Origin: the human T2T-CHM13v2.0 reference genome, Homo sapiens | Length of the DNA: 64,000 bases | Strand: one strand, 5' to 3' | Assembly (NCBI RefSeq): GCF_009914755.1 | Contig: NC_060930.1 | Shown: positions 17,082-32,904 of the stretch, one piece after another | How the letters are laid out: each line of letters begins with the position of its first letter | Position numbering within the stretch: position 1 is the stretch's first letter | The notes under the pieces: model-generated | What the model was told of the DNA's origin: nothing | The model's input: only the letters and a program-made list of their open reading frames with translations | Databases searched by the model: none | Program-made: the position numbers and the translations under genes

Positions 17082-17591
17082 TCAGAACGTTGCCATCTCC
17101 AGCAAAGAGCGCTTGAACAGCTGGGCATTTCTAGAAAGGTCTGTCACTTGGTGCACCATTTCCTGCAGGGCCGTGGTGCTGGGGTAATGGAGGGCGGCCA
17201 TCTTGGTTGCCATGACTATGGTCTTGAGCTGCTCGCAGAGCTGGTTGCTGGAGTTCATGACTTTGTTGCGAATGTCCTGGGCAGTCACCTGCCGTGTCAG
17301 CGTGTCTCCAATGAACACCAGTTTGTGTGCACTGAGGATGACAAACTTGCTGTGTGCCACGAAGATTCGCGGGGGCTGGGCTGAGCTGACACAACTGAAG
17401 AGTGCGTCAATGGCGTTGAGAAGGGAAATGAAATGGGTCTCACATTGGTCATAGTAGAAGCACAGCAACTGCCGATCCTGAGCACTCACGCCACTGTTTG
17501 TGGTGGGTAGGCTCTGAGAGGGCTTCCACTTCGAGATGTCATTCTCCACGGGCTTTGTAATCTCTTGTTCCAACAGCTGGAACTGGCTCAG
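17082..17591 (-). CDS. NEDD9: NEDD9 last coding exon: C-terminal CAS/FAT-like domain to TGA stop
   Basis: ORF 17082..17597 (PPRIFVAHSKFVILSAHKLVFIGDTL is the conserved CAS C-terminal motif); acceptor tccttgcag|CTGAGC (AG = 17592-17593). Exons 2-7 total 2493 nt; plus 12 nt from exon 1 = 834 aa + stop. Confidence 0.98.
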   Translation of the reverse strand: MSQFQLLEQEITKPVENDISKWKPSQSLPTTNSGVSAQDRQLLCFYYDQCETHFISLLNAIDALFSCVSSAQPPRIFVAHSKFVILSAHKLVFIGDTLTRQVTAQDIRNKVMNSSNQLCEQLKTIVMATKMAALHYPSTTALQEMVHQVTDLSRNAQLFKRSLLEMATF

Positions 17592-18471
17592 CTGCAAGGA
17601 AGACGAAAGCAGATCTCATTAGAGCAAGGGAGTGTGTTGCAATGGAAATTCACCAGGCCTTGGAGTTAAAAGACAGGGATTTTAGTCGCTAGTAACTGTC
17701 AGATGCATGTGAGCTGTAAAGCCTGGGTCAAGCTGCCTTGCTTTCCTAAATTGTAAAATGTAGACGTTGGGAAAGATGATCCTCAAGCTCAGACCTTCTA
17801 TGATTGGACTACTGGTCACTTGTACCCTCTGGCTAGAAGGTAGCATAGTGTTTAAACCGCAGCCCTGTTACCTACACCTTTATGGAGGTTAAATGAGTTA
17901 ACGTTTACAAAGTGCTTATAATAGTTTGGTATGTAGTAGGCTCTATGTAAATGTTTATTAATGTTGAGGGGTGGCAAGGGAAAACCAAATGTAGTGACCT
18001 CCTTGTCAAGTAAGTCACTGACAGTTTGCTCCTTCTCGGAGAAAGCCTCGACTATCTCAGGATGCTCAGATGAAATGACCATTCATGACCCCTTTCTGTT
18101 TATCCTACTCTTTCTGTCAAGATTGATAGACATGTTATGATCCAGCACTACAGGAAGATTAATGCATATAAATATATGAGCACTTAAGGAAAAAAAGTTT
18201 CTAAGGCAGTCTGAATGGGAATTGTGCATCATAATATTTAGTCCCCCAGAGCTGTTAAAAGAAGGGGGTTTTACCCAGAGTCAGATGCATCAGGTGCTGG
18301 CTTTCTTCCTTCTTTCCTCATTGCTACCAAATGGTGTATTATTTAAATTGCAATTATAATAATTTCTAGGGATTCCACTAAGACTCAAGAGAGACCTCTC
18401 TTCTGCAGATAAGGACTATCTGTGACCTGAGCTTCAGACTCAGTTAATCTCCCACCTGGACGTAGGGATGA

Positions 18472-18835
<364 letters not shown>

Positions 18836-20137
18836 TTCAACAGCTTTACTTTTCTAGAATCTGTTTTCTTCTTAGCGATTGCTATGGTTTCTACAAGTTC
18901 CCCAAAGCCCTGCAGTCTTACCTTGCCAGATGCCAAGGCAAACATAAATAGGTACAAGGTGATATTCCAAGGTATTTAATCATAATGGATTATATTTTAT
19001 ATATCTTAGGCTTTATGCAAATATGTTCATCAATATATCATGTCATTAGATGGGGGGGGTACTTTCCCATTTTATAGGGAAGTAACTGAAGCTCGGGGAG
19101 GTTACCTGACTTGACATAGTTGGTTGGCCAGAAAGGATTAGAACTCAGATTTCCTAAATACAGCATGCCATTTCATGTCATTACATGCCATTTCACTTCA
19201 TTTCATCTTAAAAGGCTTGTAAATAAATCCTCAATCCATCTCTCTTTATTTGTATGCCCTTGTTCTAGCAATAGTCGTCATTATCTCCCCTACTCATACC
19301 CAGCTTTTGAATGAACATGCCCTGCCCAAAGTCCTCAGTAGATAGGCCTGGATATATGTTGAAAACATTGAATTCTGCTCTCCTACCTTTAGATTGGACC
19401 AAGGCCAGGCAAACCATAGGCTTGTGTTGCTGGCGAAAGAGAGACAAATAGCGAGGTAGAGACAGAAAGAGAGAGAGAGAGAGAGAAAGAGAAATGGCCC
19501 AATCAACGTGGCCCAATCAGACTCTTTCTTGGGAATCTGATGAACAAGAGAAGGGAGCTAACCATCGGAAGAGGAAGCCGAGATGAAAAGCCATCTATAG
19601 AAGTTCTGAGTGGCCATTTATGGGTTCTGCAAAGTTACAGGGGAGCCAAATGAGTAGATAATTAGAGAAAACCAGAAAATAGGGGAGAGTGAAGTAGATT
19701 GATAGAAAGAAGCAAAGGAACTACAAGAAGGAGAGATAATTTACAGTTCTAGTTCTCCCCAGACCTGGCTCTATCTTCACTTTCTGTTACTGAATTCCCC
19801 TACTGTGGCTTTACTATAAACCTGCTTGCTTAGGCTAGCCTGAATGGGTCTTGTTTCTTGAGACCAAATGCCTTAACCCAAATAGTCCTCATATGTTAGA
19901 TATGCAGGTTTAGCCTTTAAAAAAATTGCCGTTTAGATGGAACCCAGGTACACCCAGTTGAACTAACAAGGTCATAAACCTTCTCTTTGCTTTTAAACCC
20001 CATTCCGTGCTTTGGAGCTGATTCCTGCCAGTGAGCTGGAAGAATCAAAATCATAATCTCTTGAAGTGATACCTTTCCTTAGTGCTAGGTGGGAAATCTT
20101 TCCAATGCCAAGCAGTTTTTGCTCTGATTGAACTTAC

Positions 20138-20227
20138 CTGATGATGTTCCAGCTGCATCTTGTTCTGTTTCATGATATTCTCTTTTTCCAATAGCTCTTT
20201 CTGTTGCCTCTCAAACTCCTCCTTACC
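20138..20227 (-). CDS. NEDD9: NEDD9 coding exon 6 (GKEEFERQQKELLEKENIMKQNKMQLEHHQ)
   Basis: Hand translation; acceptor aacag|GGTAAG, donor CAG|gtaagt; 90 nt; joins YDYVHLQ to LSQFQLLEQ in frame. Confidence 0.96.
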
Positions 20228-20867
20228 CTGTTAATTTTCAACATAAAGAACATATTATGTCATCACTGTGATTCACTTATGCTAACAATTTCATTGACGG
20301 ATGAGTAAATACTCTTTATTTTCCACTGCCTTGGCAACATCTCAAATGCCCAGTGAGGCACTGTGAACCCTAGACGACAGGGGTGGCAGAAAAATAAAGC
20401 CCATTGCCATATAGGGTGCCAGCTTTCTGGGGCACCTTAAAATTTTCGGAGAGCTACTCATGATTCCCTTCAAATCTCATATATAAATGTTCTTTTTATA
20501 GTCTCTGGGTTCTTTTCTCATAGATTATATGTGAACCTGTAAACCCCCAAATGCAGGTCTAAATGTGGTCCACCTCTCACTTCTAGTTCCCTCAAATCAT
20601 CTATAGATTTCTGCTCCAAGGCAGTATTTCCCACTGTGCAGGGTCAGACAACCAGTAAGATGAATGTTCAATGCCTCCATCCTCTCTCTCTCCACTTCCT
20701 TCCTCAGCATCAGGTGGGGCTCAGTTCTCCTTGCCACACTTTCTTGCGCTTGAGGGAATTTGGCATAATAGTTACGTAGTTCTCAGTATAATCTGTGACT
20801 CTCAGTCAAATTAAAAGAATGGCAGAATAAGATAGTAAGCCTAGTCCTAAACAATGGATCTTGGTAG

Positions 20868-21166
<299 letters not shown>

Positions 21167-21886
21167 CAGTAGAATGTTTTAATCCCTCAAAGTGGAAGGG
21201 AAAGCTGTCGGAATCCCAGGTCAACTTGGAGCTTGGTAGAATTCCCAATTGTAGGAGGCCAACTGTGACTATCCAATGTCCCATACACAGATTAAGCTCC
21301 TAGGACAACTAGCTAATGCCCAGTGGTCCTCTAGGTAAGTCTGAGATGGGGCTAAGTTTTAAAGCAATTATACACACACATACACAGAGTAGGGCTAGCA
21401 GGGGCCTTAGAAATTCTCTGGTGCAAAGGTCTTCTATTCTTTTTCTTAATGACGAAAACTTTTTTTTCAAATAAAATATTGCATGGAACTATACATAAAA
21501 CACAAATAGAAGTGGAGCTGGTATTATTATTAGAGGGCCTATTATCCTACTTGGTGAGTCTCCTCTTACCTGAGGTATATCAACGGGATCTAATCCAACC
21601 CCTTACCCCATTCATTTTGCAAATGAGGAAATTAAGGCCCAAGGAGGTTGAATAAGTTGGTCACACAGTAAACGTCAGAGAAAGGGCTAGATCTGAGTGA
21701 GTACTCAGGACTCTCAGCCCAGCGTTCTTACTACTCTACGACACTCCCTCCAATTTGTGAACCATGTAGATTAACATTAATTATGTTCTCTCCTTTGGCA
21801 GTCCAACCCGACATCCTTATAGGCATCTTTCTCAGGCTCCCTGCATGTGAGTGAGTGTAGGTGTTTTATGAGTTCCGCTGTTTTAC

Positions 21887-23128
21887 CTGTAGGTGGACGT
21901 AATCGTAGTCATCCATCCAGCTCCTCTCAGAACCATCACTGCTGCTACAGTCAGGGGCCTGCTCCTTGCTCAGGCCTGGGGGCAGTGCCTTGTTGTGGGC
22001 CTGGGCCTTGTGGTCACCAGGATGCAGCAGCTGTCCCTGGGAGCCACCGTGTGGGTACTCCGTTGAGTTCATGATGCTCTCCGGCCCATTCTTCAGATGC
22101 AAGCTGCCAGGGCCGGGTCTGAAGAGGGCCTCTGCGTTGGTGTTGATGGTTGTGGTGAGCTGCTTGGCGTCATCGGGCACCGTCTTTGCCACCATCACAA
22201 ACCGGTCCAGATCGTCACACTTGTTCTGGGGCTTGTTGATGGCCAAGATATTCAGGGACCAGCTGCACTCATTTAAGTCATGGCTGGTTTGACTCAGGAT
22301 CTGGTGGGAGTCTTCGACTCGTTGCAGCTCCCGCTTCATCTTGTTGTGGAGGATGAGTTCCGGGAGGCAGGCAGCATTTGCAACAGCTCCCTTGACAAAG
22401 TGGAGGTACTCCTTCAGGAACAGCTCCACCTTGTCCACTGCTGTGCGTATTTCATTGATGTGTCTTTCCATATATCCGTAACACCGCCAGTCGGTAGTGA
22501 CCAGTGCCATTAGGCTGGAGACACCCATCTCAAGGGCCTGCTGGAGCCGCTGAAGTCTCTCAATAGCTGTGTCTGGATCCAGGAAGAGCCTTTTGTCCTG
22601 AGCTGGGGAGGCTGACAGTGAGGACTCCTTGGAGGAGGTGGAAGACGTGGACATGTTACTCCGGGTGCTGCCTGTACTGGAGAAAGACAATCGGTTGATC
22701 CCATCCACCAAGTCCCGAGAGCCTTTAGCATCTGGCGGGTTATGCAGAGGGACATCATAAACACCATCCCTTTCCTGGGGGTTTGCTTTCTCACTGGTTT
22801 CTGCTGGTGGCTCAAGAAACTGAACGCCTCGGGGGACATCATATGCGTCGTTCTGAGAGCCCACTGACTGTCCGAGTTGCGGGGGTGGGTGATTCGGGGA
22901 CAGGCTCTGGTGCCTTCGAGCCACCGGTTCTGCAGCTCCTGGAATGTCACAGTTGTATTTTACATGAAGGTCCTTCCCTGCTGGCTTGGTGCAGGTTGGA
23001 GGAATGTCATAAACCCCCTCCGGTCTGAGGTCCGGCCTTCCAGCTTGTCTCATGGGAGGGGGGAAGTCATAGTCTTTTTCCCTAAGCCCTGCTTCATCCC
23101 GGCAAGCAGAGGGCGGAATGGCATATAC
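21887..23128 (-). CDS. NEDD9: NEDD9 coding exon 5: remaining YxxP motifs, DLVD caspase site, serine-rich four-helix-bundle region, DDYDYVHL Src-SH2 motif
   Basis: ORF 21866..23134; acceptor ttgcag|GTATAT (AG = 23129-23130), donor CAG|gtaaaa (21885-21886); 1242 nt = 414 codons. Confidence 0.98.
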
Positions 23129-23651
23129 CTGCAAAGCAAGTAGAAAGCGAAATGCTATTTATTGAGTTGGCTCATGGGAACCTGTGGTCCCATGTGCTCA
23201 GTCCTATTTGCTGGCACTTTTTCGGTCGCCCTCCCCCGCCCCAATGTTAGGCACTTCCAAGGTTCCCCGTTATTCTGCTGTCACTTCCCTTGTCCTTTGC
23301 CAAGTGTGTCCAACCCCACGTTCTTGGTGCAGACTCGTATGTGCAACCCTCCTGGCTAAATTGCTCACCCTGTGTTTCCAGTCCTGTGTTTCTGACCACC
23401 TCCTGGGTATCCTTTCTCTGCTGATCTGTGCCGAGAGGCAGAGTAAGACCAGAGTTCTCCCCCGGTCTTTTCGGTTATCACACCAGCTGTGTGATGCTGA
23501 ATGAGCTGCATAGGCGTCTGAAACACAGTCCCCTTGTCTGTAAAGTAGGGATTACTGTGCCTCCTGTGCAGGCATACCCCATAGGGTAACAGAGTGAGTC
23601 AAACGAGTTCACTCAAACATACACACTGAGGAAACTGTCAAACCCTCTACA

Positions 23652-24032
<381 letters not shown>

Positions 24033-24268
24033 CTAGTGTTTTTTAGTTGGGGCTTCTCAATATGAAATCCCTAGAGCTATCTTTAATTAGTGCCTTTCCT
24101 TTTTTGCTTCCTTCCTTTACTCTCACCAAGACTACATTTTCCCCTTTTGGGTTTGCCTTTCTTGTTTTATTCGAGTGAACTACTTACCCACCCTCCCAAC
24201 CCTGCACCCCCCTGACACACAGACACACACACACACTCCTTTTTGCTGCTTTGTAGTCACTCACTTAC

Positions 24269-24370
24269 CCCTTTTGTAGGCGGGATGTCATACACCCCTT
24301 GAGGTTTTATCTCTCCCACTGGAACTGAAAACACAGGGCCTTTTGCTGATGAGGGAGGGATGTCGTATAC
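24269..24370 (-). CDS. NEDD9: NEDD9 coding exon 4 (VYDIPPSSAKGPVFSVPVGEIKPQGVYDIPPTKG)
   Basis: Hand translation; acceptor ttctcttcag|GTATAC, donor GGG|gtaagt; 102 nt; two YDIP motifs. Confidence 0.96.
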
Positions 24371-24578
24371 CTGAAGAGAAACCCGTGAGTTACCCAGAAT
24401 GGAAATGTCTTATACTTGGTCATTTTTTATGCTCCTAAGCACTTAATTATGGATTTATTTACCAGGTTATGTACAAGCTTGATCTTTGGCAGTGCTCCAT
24501 GTTATAACAGATTTATTGCCTTTTTTTTTTTAATACATTTTATGGTTTTTAACTTACATTTAATATAAAAATGATTTT

Positions 24579-25316
<738 letters not shown>

Positions 25317-25516
25317 CTAGGATTTCCTGATAAAGCAAATCCAGAAAACATAATTTAAATAGCATTGGCTAAAGTGGCTACTGGGTAGACAACCTAAACA
25401 AAGCTTCATATGACATATATTAATGCATAATTTGTGAACTCCCTTTTCTCTACAGCCCTGAAGGAATGCTACCCTTAGAAGCGCTTCTCCTCTTGTGACC
25501 ATGTTCTGGTACGCAC

Positions 25517-25618
25517 CCCTTGAGTGGTATGAGAAGGAGGGATATCATAGACATCCTTTTGGTATCTGGATGGGTACTCGTATACGTAGCCATGGCCTGT
25601 CCTCACGGGGGTTATCAC
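25517..25618 (-). CDS. NEDD9: NEDD9 coding exon 3 (VITPVRTGHGYVYEYPSRYQKDVYDIPPSHTTQG)
   Basis: Hand translation of the reverse complement (not in ORF track); acceptor cccacag|GTGATA, donor GGG|gtgcgt; 102 nt; YEYP and YDIP motifs. Confidence 0.96.
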
Positions 25619-25784
25619 CTGTGGGAGAGAAGGCACAGAGGTGTAAATTTCCAAGCCTGAGTCCTTGAATCTCCTTGCCTCCTAACTAAGCACTCATCCC
25701 TCAACTCTCCCTCATAAAAAGATAGAAAGAAACCAAAGAAAGAAGACATAACAGGAAGGAGACAAGTAGACACCACGTTAGTAA

Positions 25785-26081
<297 letters not shown>

Positions 26082-27610
26082 CAGGTTAGTAAACTTTTAA
26101 ATCCCTCTTGAATCCCAATGAGAAAAAAAATCCCTAAAATATCTCTATCACCCTTAATTGTGATCATCTCAAAGTTCATCAGATAGAGTTGATGCACTGC
26201 AAGTATATTTCTGAAATATACTTTAAGGGATACTTGTGTGTAACTTATGAAAGTCCTAGAGGAGCATTTTGCATCTAAAGTACCGCATACTGAAATTTGC
26301 TTTAAGGCTCTGAAACAATTTGTAAAATGAATAATGCAAATAGAGTTTAGCCACTTAAAATTCCTCTCATGCCTTCCTCAGTATGCCTCTTCATTGGACA
26401 TTATTATGATGATTATAACTGTAATTCCACAGGTCACCAGAGTACTTTTACAAAGCCAATGCTCAAACTGTGCTGTCCTTAGAAACCTCTGGGAGCTTTC
26501 ATTCTAACGTATCAAACAAACAAAATACTGAGTCAGGGAGGCACCAGGAACAGAATTCAGGTCTCCTGACCTCTGGTCTCTAATCATTTTCCCATTTCCA
26601 CCAGGAAAGAAAACATCCCCAACAGTACCTACGTCAAGGGATATCAGAAGTCAAATAGCGTTCATCACTATGCTGGCATCTGGAACCAGTGCCAATAAAA
26701 TGAATCTTACCTAGCAGCCTCCTGTTTTCATATCTACATACTTCATTGGTGTGGTAAGCACCAGCAAAAAATTATTTGAACTTAACTCATTTTGAAATAT
26801 ATGTAATCGTCCAAGGGCTTCTAAATGCCCAGGGTCTTGTTTCTGCCTAACCCCCACCCTTTGAGTCATTGAGTGCCCATCTCAAGCGTTGCCCACGACA
26901 TCTTTGAGGAGAACAGACATTGCAAATGAGGAAGAGTTGGTTGTTCCCTAAGAAACCGTCAACTTTTATCCTTTCTCTGAAGTGAAAACTCTGGCGTCAG
27001 GCTGCCTACAGAACTATGTGAAAAATGCTCCACGTCCATCTTATGCTGAAATGGGTGGAACTCAGCCAAATGCACCAATGCCTTCTCCCCAGGCGCTCTC
27101 AAAATGCCTGAGTTCAATTTGGCTTTTAATCCCTAGTGCTTACAACTGATTGTTTCTTGCAACGAAGTAAAAGAGATTAGTATGCACTCAAAATTTCCAT
27201 CAAGTCTCTCCACTGTCTTGGGTTTAAAAAAGGAACCTATTGCTTTGAGGTCTGTTGGCATGGAGCATACGGAACCACTTTATAGAATGGCCACTGTATT
27301 GTGCATAGCAAACCTTCCTTTTCAAAGCAGGATGCCCTTTGCTAAAGAAAAACACAATGTGTTCCTAATGCCCTTATATGATTGTTTTTTTTTTTTTACT
27401 CGCTATTGTCCAGGAGAGAAATGAAGATCTCCCCTTAGTCTATTTCATCAGCCCCTCTACTTAGAGCGCTGTCTTGGCTTTATCATAGCACCTGCTCATA
27501 GTGCAGCTTTTGTTCAGCTTAAAAGTTTCCAAGAGTGGATTTTATCCAAGGTTGCCAACTTAGCAATAATGCTAATGGAAAACCAAGGCTAAGTCCAGCT
27601 TAACTGTTCA

Positions 27611-28364
<754 letters not shown>

Positions 28365-28685
28365 TCACCGCTAAAGTGTTTCCTTGCCTTTGTGGATCTT
28401 CCCTGGCAGAAAGCGCTAATGCTTCCCGGTATTTAACATTTCACTTCCTGACAAATGTCACAGAACCCCAACTTGCTCTCTCTTTCTCATTTAGAGGATG
28501 CCTGTGGTCATCTGGTTTTTTAAAACTCTGCATTCCAAACCAGTCATTTTCCTTGTTTATGCATTCAAAGAAACAGATGGTGAAAACCACAGGGGGGAAA
28601 CGCCAACCGAATACAGCACCCCCCGCCCGCCACCACCGATTCCAGCCTTCCTGACATTACCATCTAATTCACGTTGGTCCACAAA

Positions 28686-28736
28686 TGGCATTTAAATGGG
28701 ACCAGGATGCAAAATGCTGGTCCCATTTAAATGCCA
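28686..28736. repeat. Perfect 20-bp inverted repeat with 11-nt spacer
   Basis: TGGCATTTAAATGGGACCAG-gatgcaaaatg-CTGGTCCCATTTAAATGCCA. Confidence 0.97.
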
Positions 28737-31561
28737 AGTCCAGTGCAGCAATCCGCATTGTGACGTGTGGAAGATCAGGGAGCTCGAAGTCTTCTACTTT
28801 TGGACATTCTCTGCCTCGACCTGTTGCTTGGGTCACTTTCATGCCAATTGTGTGTCCTCTCCTCGGAGGAAAAGTGCTGACTGAGCTGTACCTTACAAAG
28901 TCTCCAGTTTTGTGGTTCATTAAGGCTTTTTCTTGCTGCGTGACATAAGTACACAAAAACCTTCCAACGATCTCTCCTCATTCCACCTCCCAGAACTGCT
29001 GAATTTCAGCTGAAGACGCACACCAAGGTCTGGTTAAGGGGACCTCAAGTTTGGAAGAATTCTCCTAGGCATTTGTTCGGTGAGGCATTAAAGGAATTGC
29101 TACACAAAGGACATTTTTAAACTAATTTTCTCAATGAAATCAAGTCAGGTTTTTCATTTCCTTTCCCCCTCTGTTTGCTTTTTTTTTTTTCTACATTCCT
29201 TTCATTCTGTGCATTTATTTATAGTTACAAAGGCTTAGCCTTTGGAATTACCAAACTGACCTCTTAATTCATTAGTGTTGCCAGGAAGGGGGCTGAATTG
29301 TGAGGTCTCCTGGGGCTCTATGATCCAATGCTACTGCAACTGCTTTCGTGATTACCCGGCACAGGATTTGCACTTTCCATATGTGGATTTTCTGTCCCTA
29401 GGAGGAATCCAACCTTTCTCAGATGTTAGTATACCATTCTCAGTAACTAACGGGAGGGTCCAAGACAGAGACTTTGAGAAGAGCTATGAAGCCGAGAAGG
29501 GCAGATTCTTCCATTTAGAAAAGGAAGAATCCATTTAATACATCTCCAAGTCTGGGTCCTGGCAGGATAGGATCAAAAGCCCAAAGACTGGCGTTATGTT
29601 AGTTCTCTAATTAATCTGCTTACATAAAAACAAGGAAACAAACTCGAATTGCCCCACCCCACACTTTGATGGTGTTTGATCCACACTGTTTTGAGTCTCA
29701 GATCCTGGCGGCATGAGTTTCTGGAGATGCTTTTGACACTTTCATGCCTCATAATTTTGAAAGCCATGTATGCTGAAATTTTAAAGAGGAGGGTCTGTGT
29801 TTGGATAGCAGAGAGAGATAGGGAGGTCTGAGAACCAGCATGATGACAGTCAGCAAGTTGGATGAGAGGCCCTTGGGACTCTTTCTGATGTTTCTGCATC
29901 TGTGTTCCCTGAGCTGGTACCCATAGCAGAGCAAGGGTCCTATACTCAGATGCTCACGGACCGAGCAAGCAGGGTGTAGGGAAGAAACAAGCCAGGCTTT
30001 GGTGCCGGGGAGACAGAACTCCTTCTACCGAAAGAGGGAAGACATTGCGCCCTGTGTTGCCAGATCTTTCACGTTTTCAGAAGCCAGAAATTTGGAATTT
30101 TATGTGAAACCTGGTTTTCAAAATTGACTTAAATTTTAAAAACAGTGTCTTGGCCAAACTAAACGCGTCTTTGGCCTCCGGGCTGCCAGTCTTTGCCTTC
30201 ATCTGTGTATTTTTGCCCTCCTTCCTCTTGGAAATCTTCTGAAGGCAGGGCCCCCAGGCTCTGCACCAACTCCCTCCCTCGGCGAGAACTGAGCTGTCCA
30301 TTTCCACAGATGCCCTGCACGCCCATACCTCTGTGCCTTCATCCATGCCATGTCCTTGTCTGAGATGCTCTTCTTTCTTTCCTCATATTCAAACTTTAAT
30401 TGATTTTCAAGGCCCGGCTGAATGCCTTTCCCCCACCAAGCCCTTCCCAAACAGACAATATGTCTCTATCCTTGGAACTCCCTGAGCCAGTGATCCACAC
30501 ATCTCTGACAGCACTTATCACTTGTGGTTTGACGGTCTTGATGCATCTCATCTCTTCTTCCAGCATTTTAAAGTCAGAGATCATTCCCTCTTCATTTAAA
30601 TATAAACCACAGGGCCTAGTACAGTGCCTAGCAGAGTAGGTCTTGCATAATCTATTGAGTGATACATTAATCAACTAAAGGAAAACTGAAGGCTATTAAG
30701 CAAGATGGCGTGAGGTCTGCCACTACAGAATAAGCTTGGTTTCCAGGTAAGCCAGCTCTGGGTTAAGTAGAACCCATGGGATATGGGGCAGAACAGTGCC
30801 CTATCAGCCATGCATGGTAGTGTTGGGCAAGAGAGGGATCCAAGAAGGCAAGGGAATGTTAGGTGAAGTTGAGAAATCAGAAACTGTAGAAGAATGCACC
30901 CCAAGTTGGGTGAAGCCACTATTGGCAGGCAAGGAGGGCTGCTGGATGGTTTCCTTTTCCCCAGTTGAGCTCGTATGTGACATGAACACCTGGGTTCTTC
31001 TTAACCACAAGCCAGAAACATGTGGGGGAGTGTTTTGGAAAAGGGAAACCAAAACAAACCCTGCTTTTTACCTCAACATCAGAAGGAACATACGATTGCT
31101 TTAGTTCTGGGGATGTGTGATAGGCTCGTTTATGAGAAGCTGTGTGCCAGAGGCCATGGCCCCACTGGGTCTTTTTCTGTTGCTTATTGGAAGAATTAGG
31201 TCTGAAGAGGGAAGTAATTGACAAACAGAAGCTGGACTCAGGCAGAGCTGGATCTAAATCCCGGTTCTACCACTCACAAGCTATGAGAACAAAGGTTCCA
31301 TTCTAAGCCTGTTTTCTCATAGGTAAAATGGAAATTATACTTCCCTCATAGGCTATATGAGTATTAAATGAGATCAAGTGCATAAAGTACCTGGCATAAA
31401 GCCATAATAAGCCTTAGCTATTGTTATTGTTATTGTAATTGTCACCTAGGCTATATAGATTTTACCTTTTGACTTTGACTTCCAGAAATCATGGACTAGG
31501 TAATTGAGATTAACCATCTTGCTGAAGACAACTTAAAAAAATGAAGAAAAGCTAGGAAAGA

Positions 31562-31896
<335 letters not shown>

Positions 31897-32862
31897 GAAA
31901 AGATCTTCTTAATAGTGTCAAGAGTTCAAGGATAATAAAGAATTACTAGGTCAAACTTTGGGAGAAGAGTTAATAGAGGTGAGATTGCTTTTCAAGCCTG
32001 GGGGCATTTGCTATTTTTTGCTGATCTGAAACTGGTGCCTGGGAGGCTGTGCTGGGTTTTCTACAGCTTCTTTGGGTAAGGGGGAACATTGGACTATAGG
32101 GCTCACCAAGGTAGGGACCCCAAACCACCCCCGACTTTGGGTTGGAACCCTAAGGACTGTATCCAAAATAAGGATTAACTGGAAGTAAACCCACCCTTGC
32201 ACAGGCTGAAGACATCAGGGTTGCCAGAACAGCTCAAAGCATGGAATCAGATGTATGCTTGCCTATGAGGCTGGCAGAAGGAAACAAAATTCTCTCTGGA
32301 GGCAGAGAACATCTTTATAGGCTTCACATTATTTCTACAAATGTACTGAAAATACAATGTCCCACATACAATCAAAGATAAACAGGAATTCAGGGGACAA
32401 GACAACAGGAACAAGACAAGCAACAGTCAATTCTTGCTTTCTAATGTGATAAGAATGTTATGTATGTCTTAGTAATCACAGATCTCAAGGCTGTTTCCTT
32501 TCAAAATGTTTTAGGATCAAATCATGGGAGAAATGAAGATTTAATCATTCCTAAATTTAAGTCAGATAGAAAGAAATCAATCTTTAGGAATGTATAGTGC
32601 TCAAAATGAGATCTACGAGGCAGTGAGAATTTCAAACCAAAGCAGCAAATGGTAAGAGACAGTGGTCCTTGATGATCATCTGTAGAGTTCTTGGGGTTAC
32701 TGTTTTCTGCTGTTCGTATCAGTATTGGCATTATTACGGTTATCACCAGAGCAGCTCAAGACACGCCAATGGGAAACCCCAGGAGAAAATGTGTTTTTCC
32801 AAGTCTAGGAGATGAAGATATTTATCCAAGAGAAAGACGGCAAGCCTCCAAACTCAGGACAC

Positions 32863-32868
32863 TTTATT
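32863..32868 (-). terminator. Intronic polyadenylation signal AATAAA of the short isoform
   Basis: Plus tttatt, 36 nt past the stop of the alternative terminal exon. Confidence 0.65.
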
Positions 32869-32904
32869 AAAATGCTCATCAGATGAGATCTTTTCAGTGG
32901 AGGT

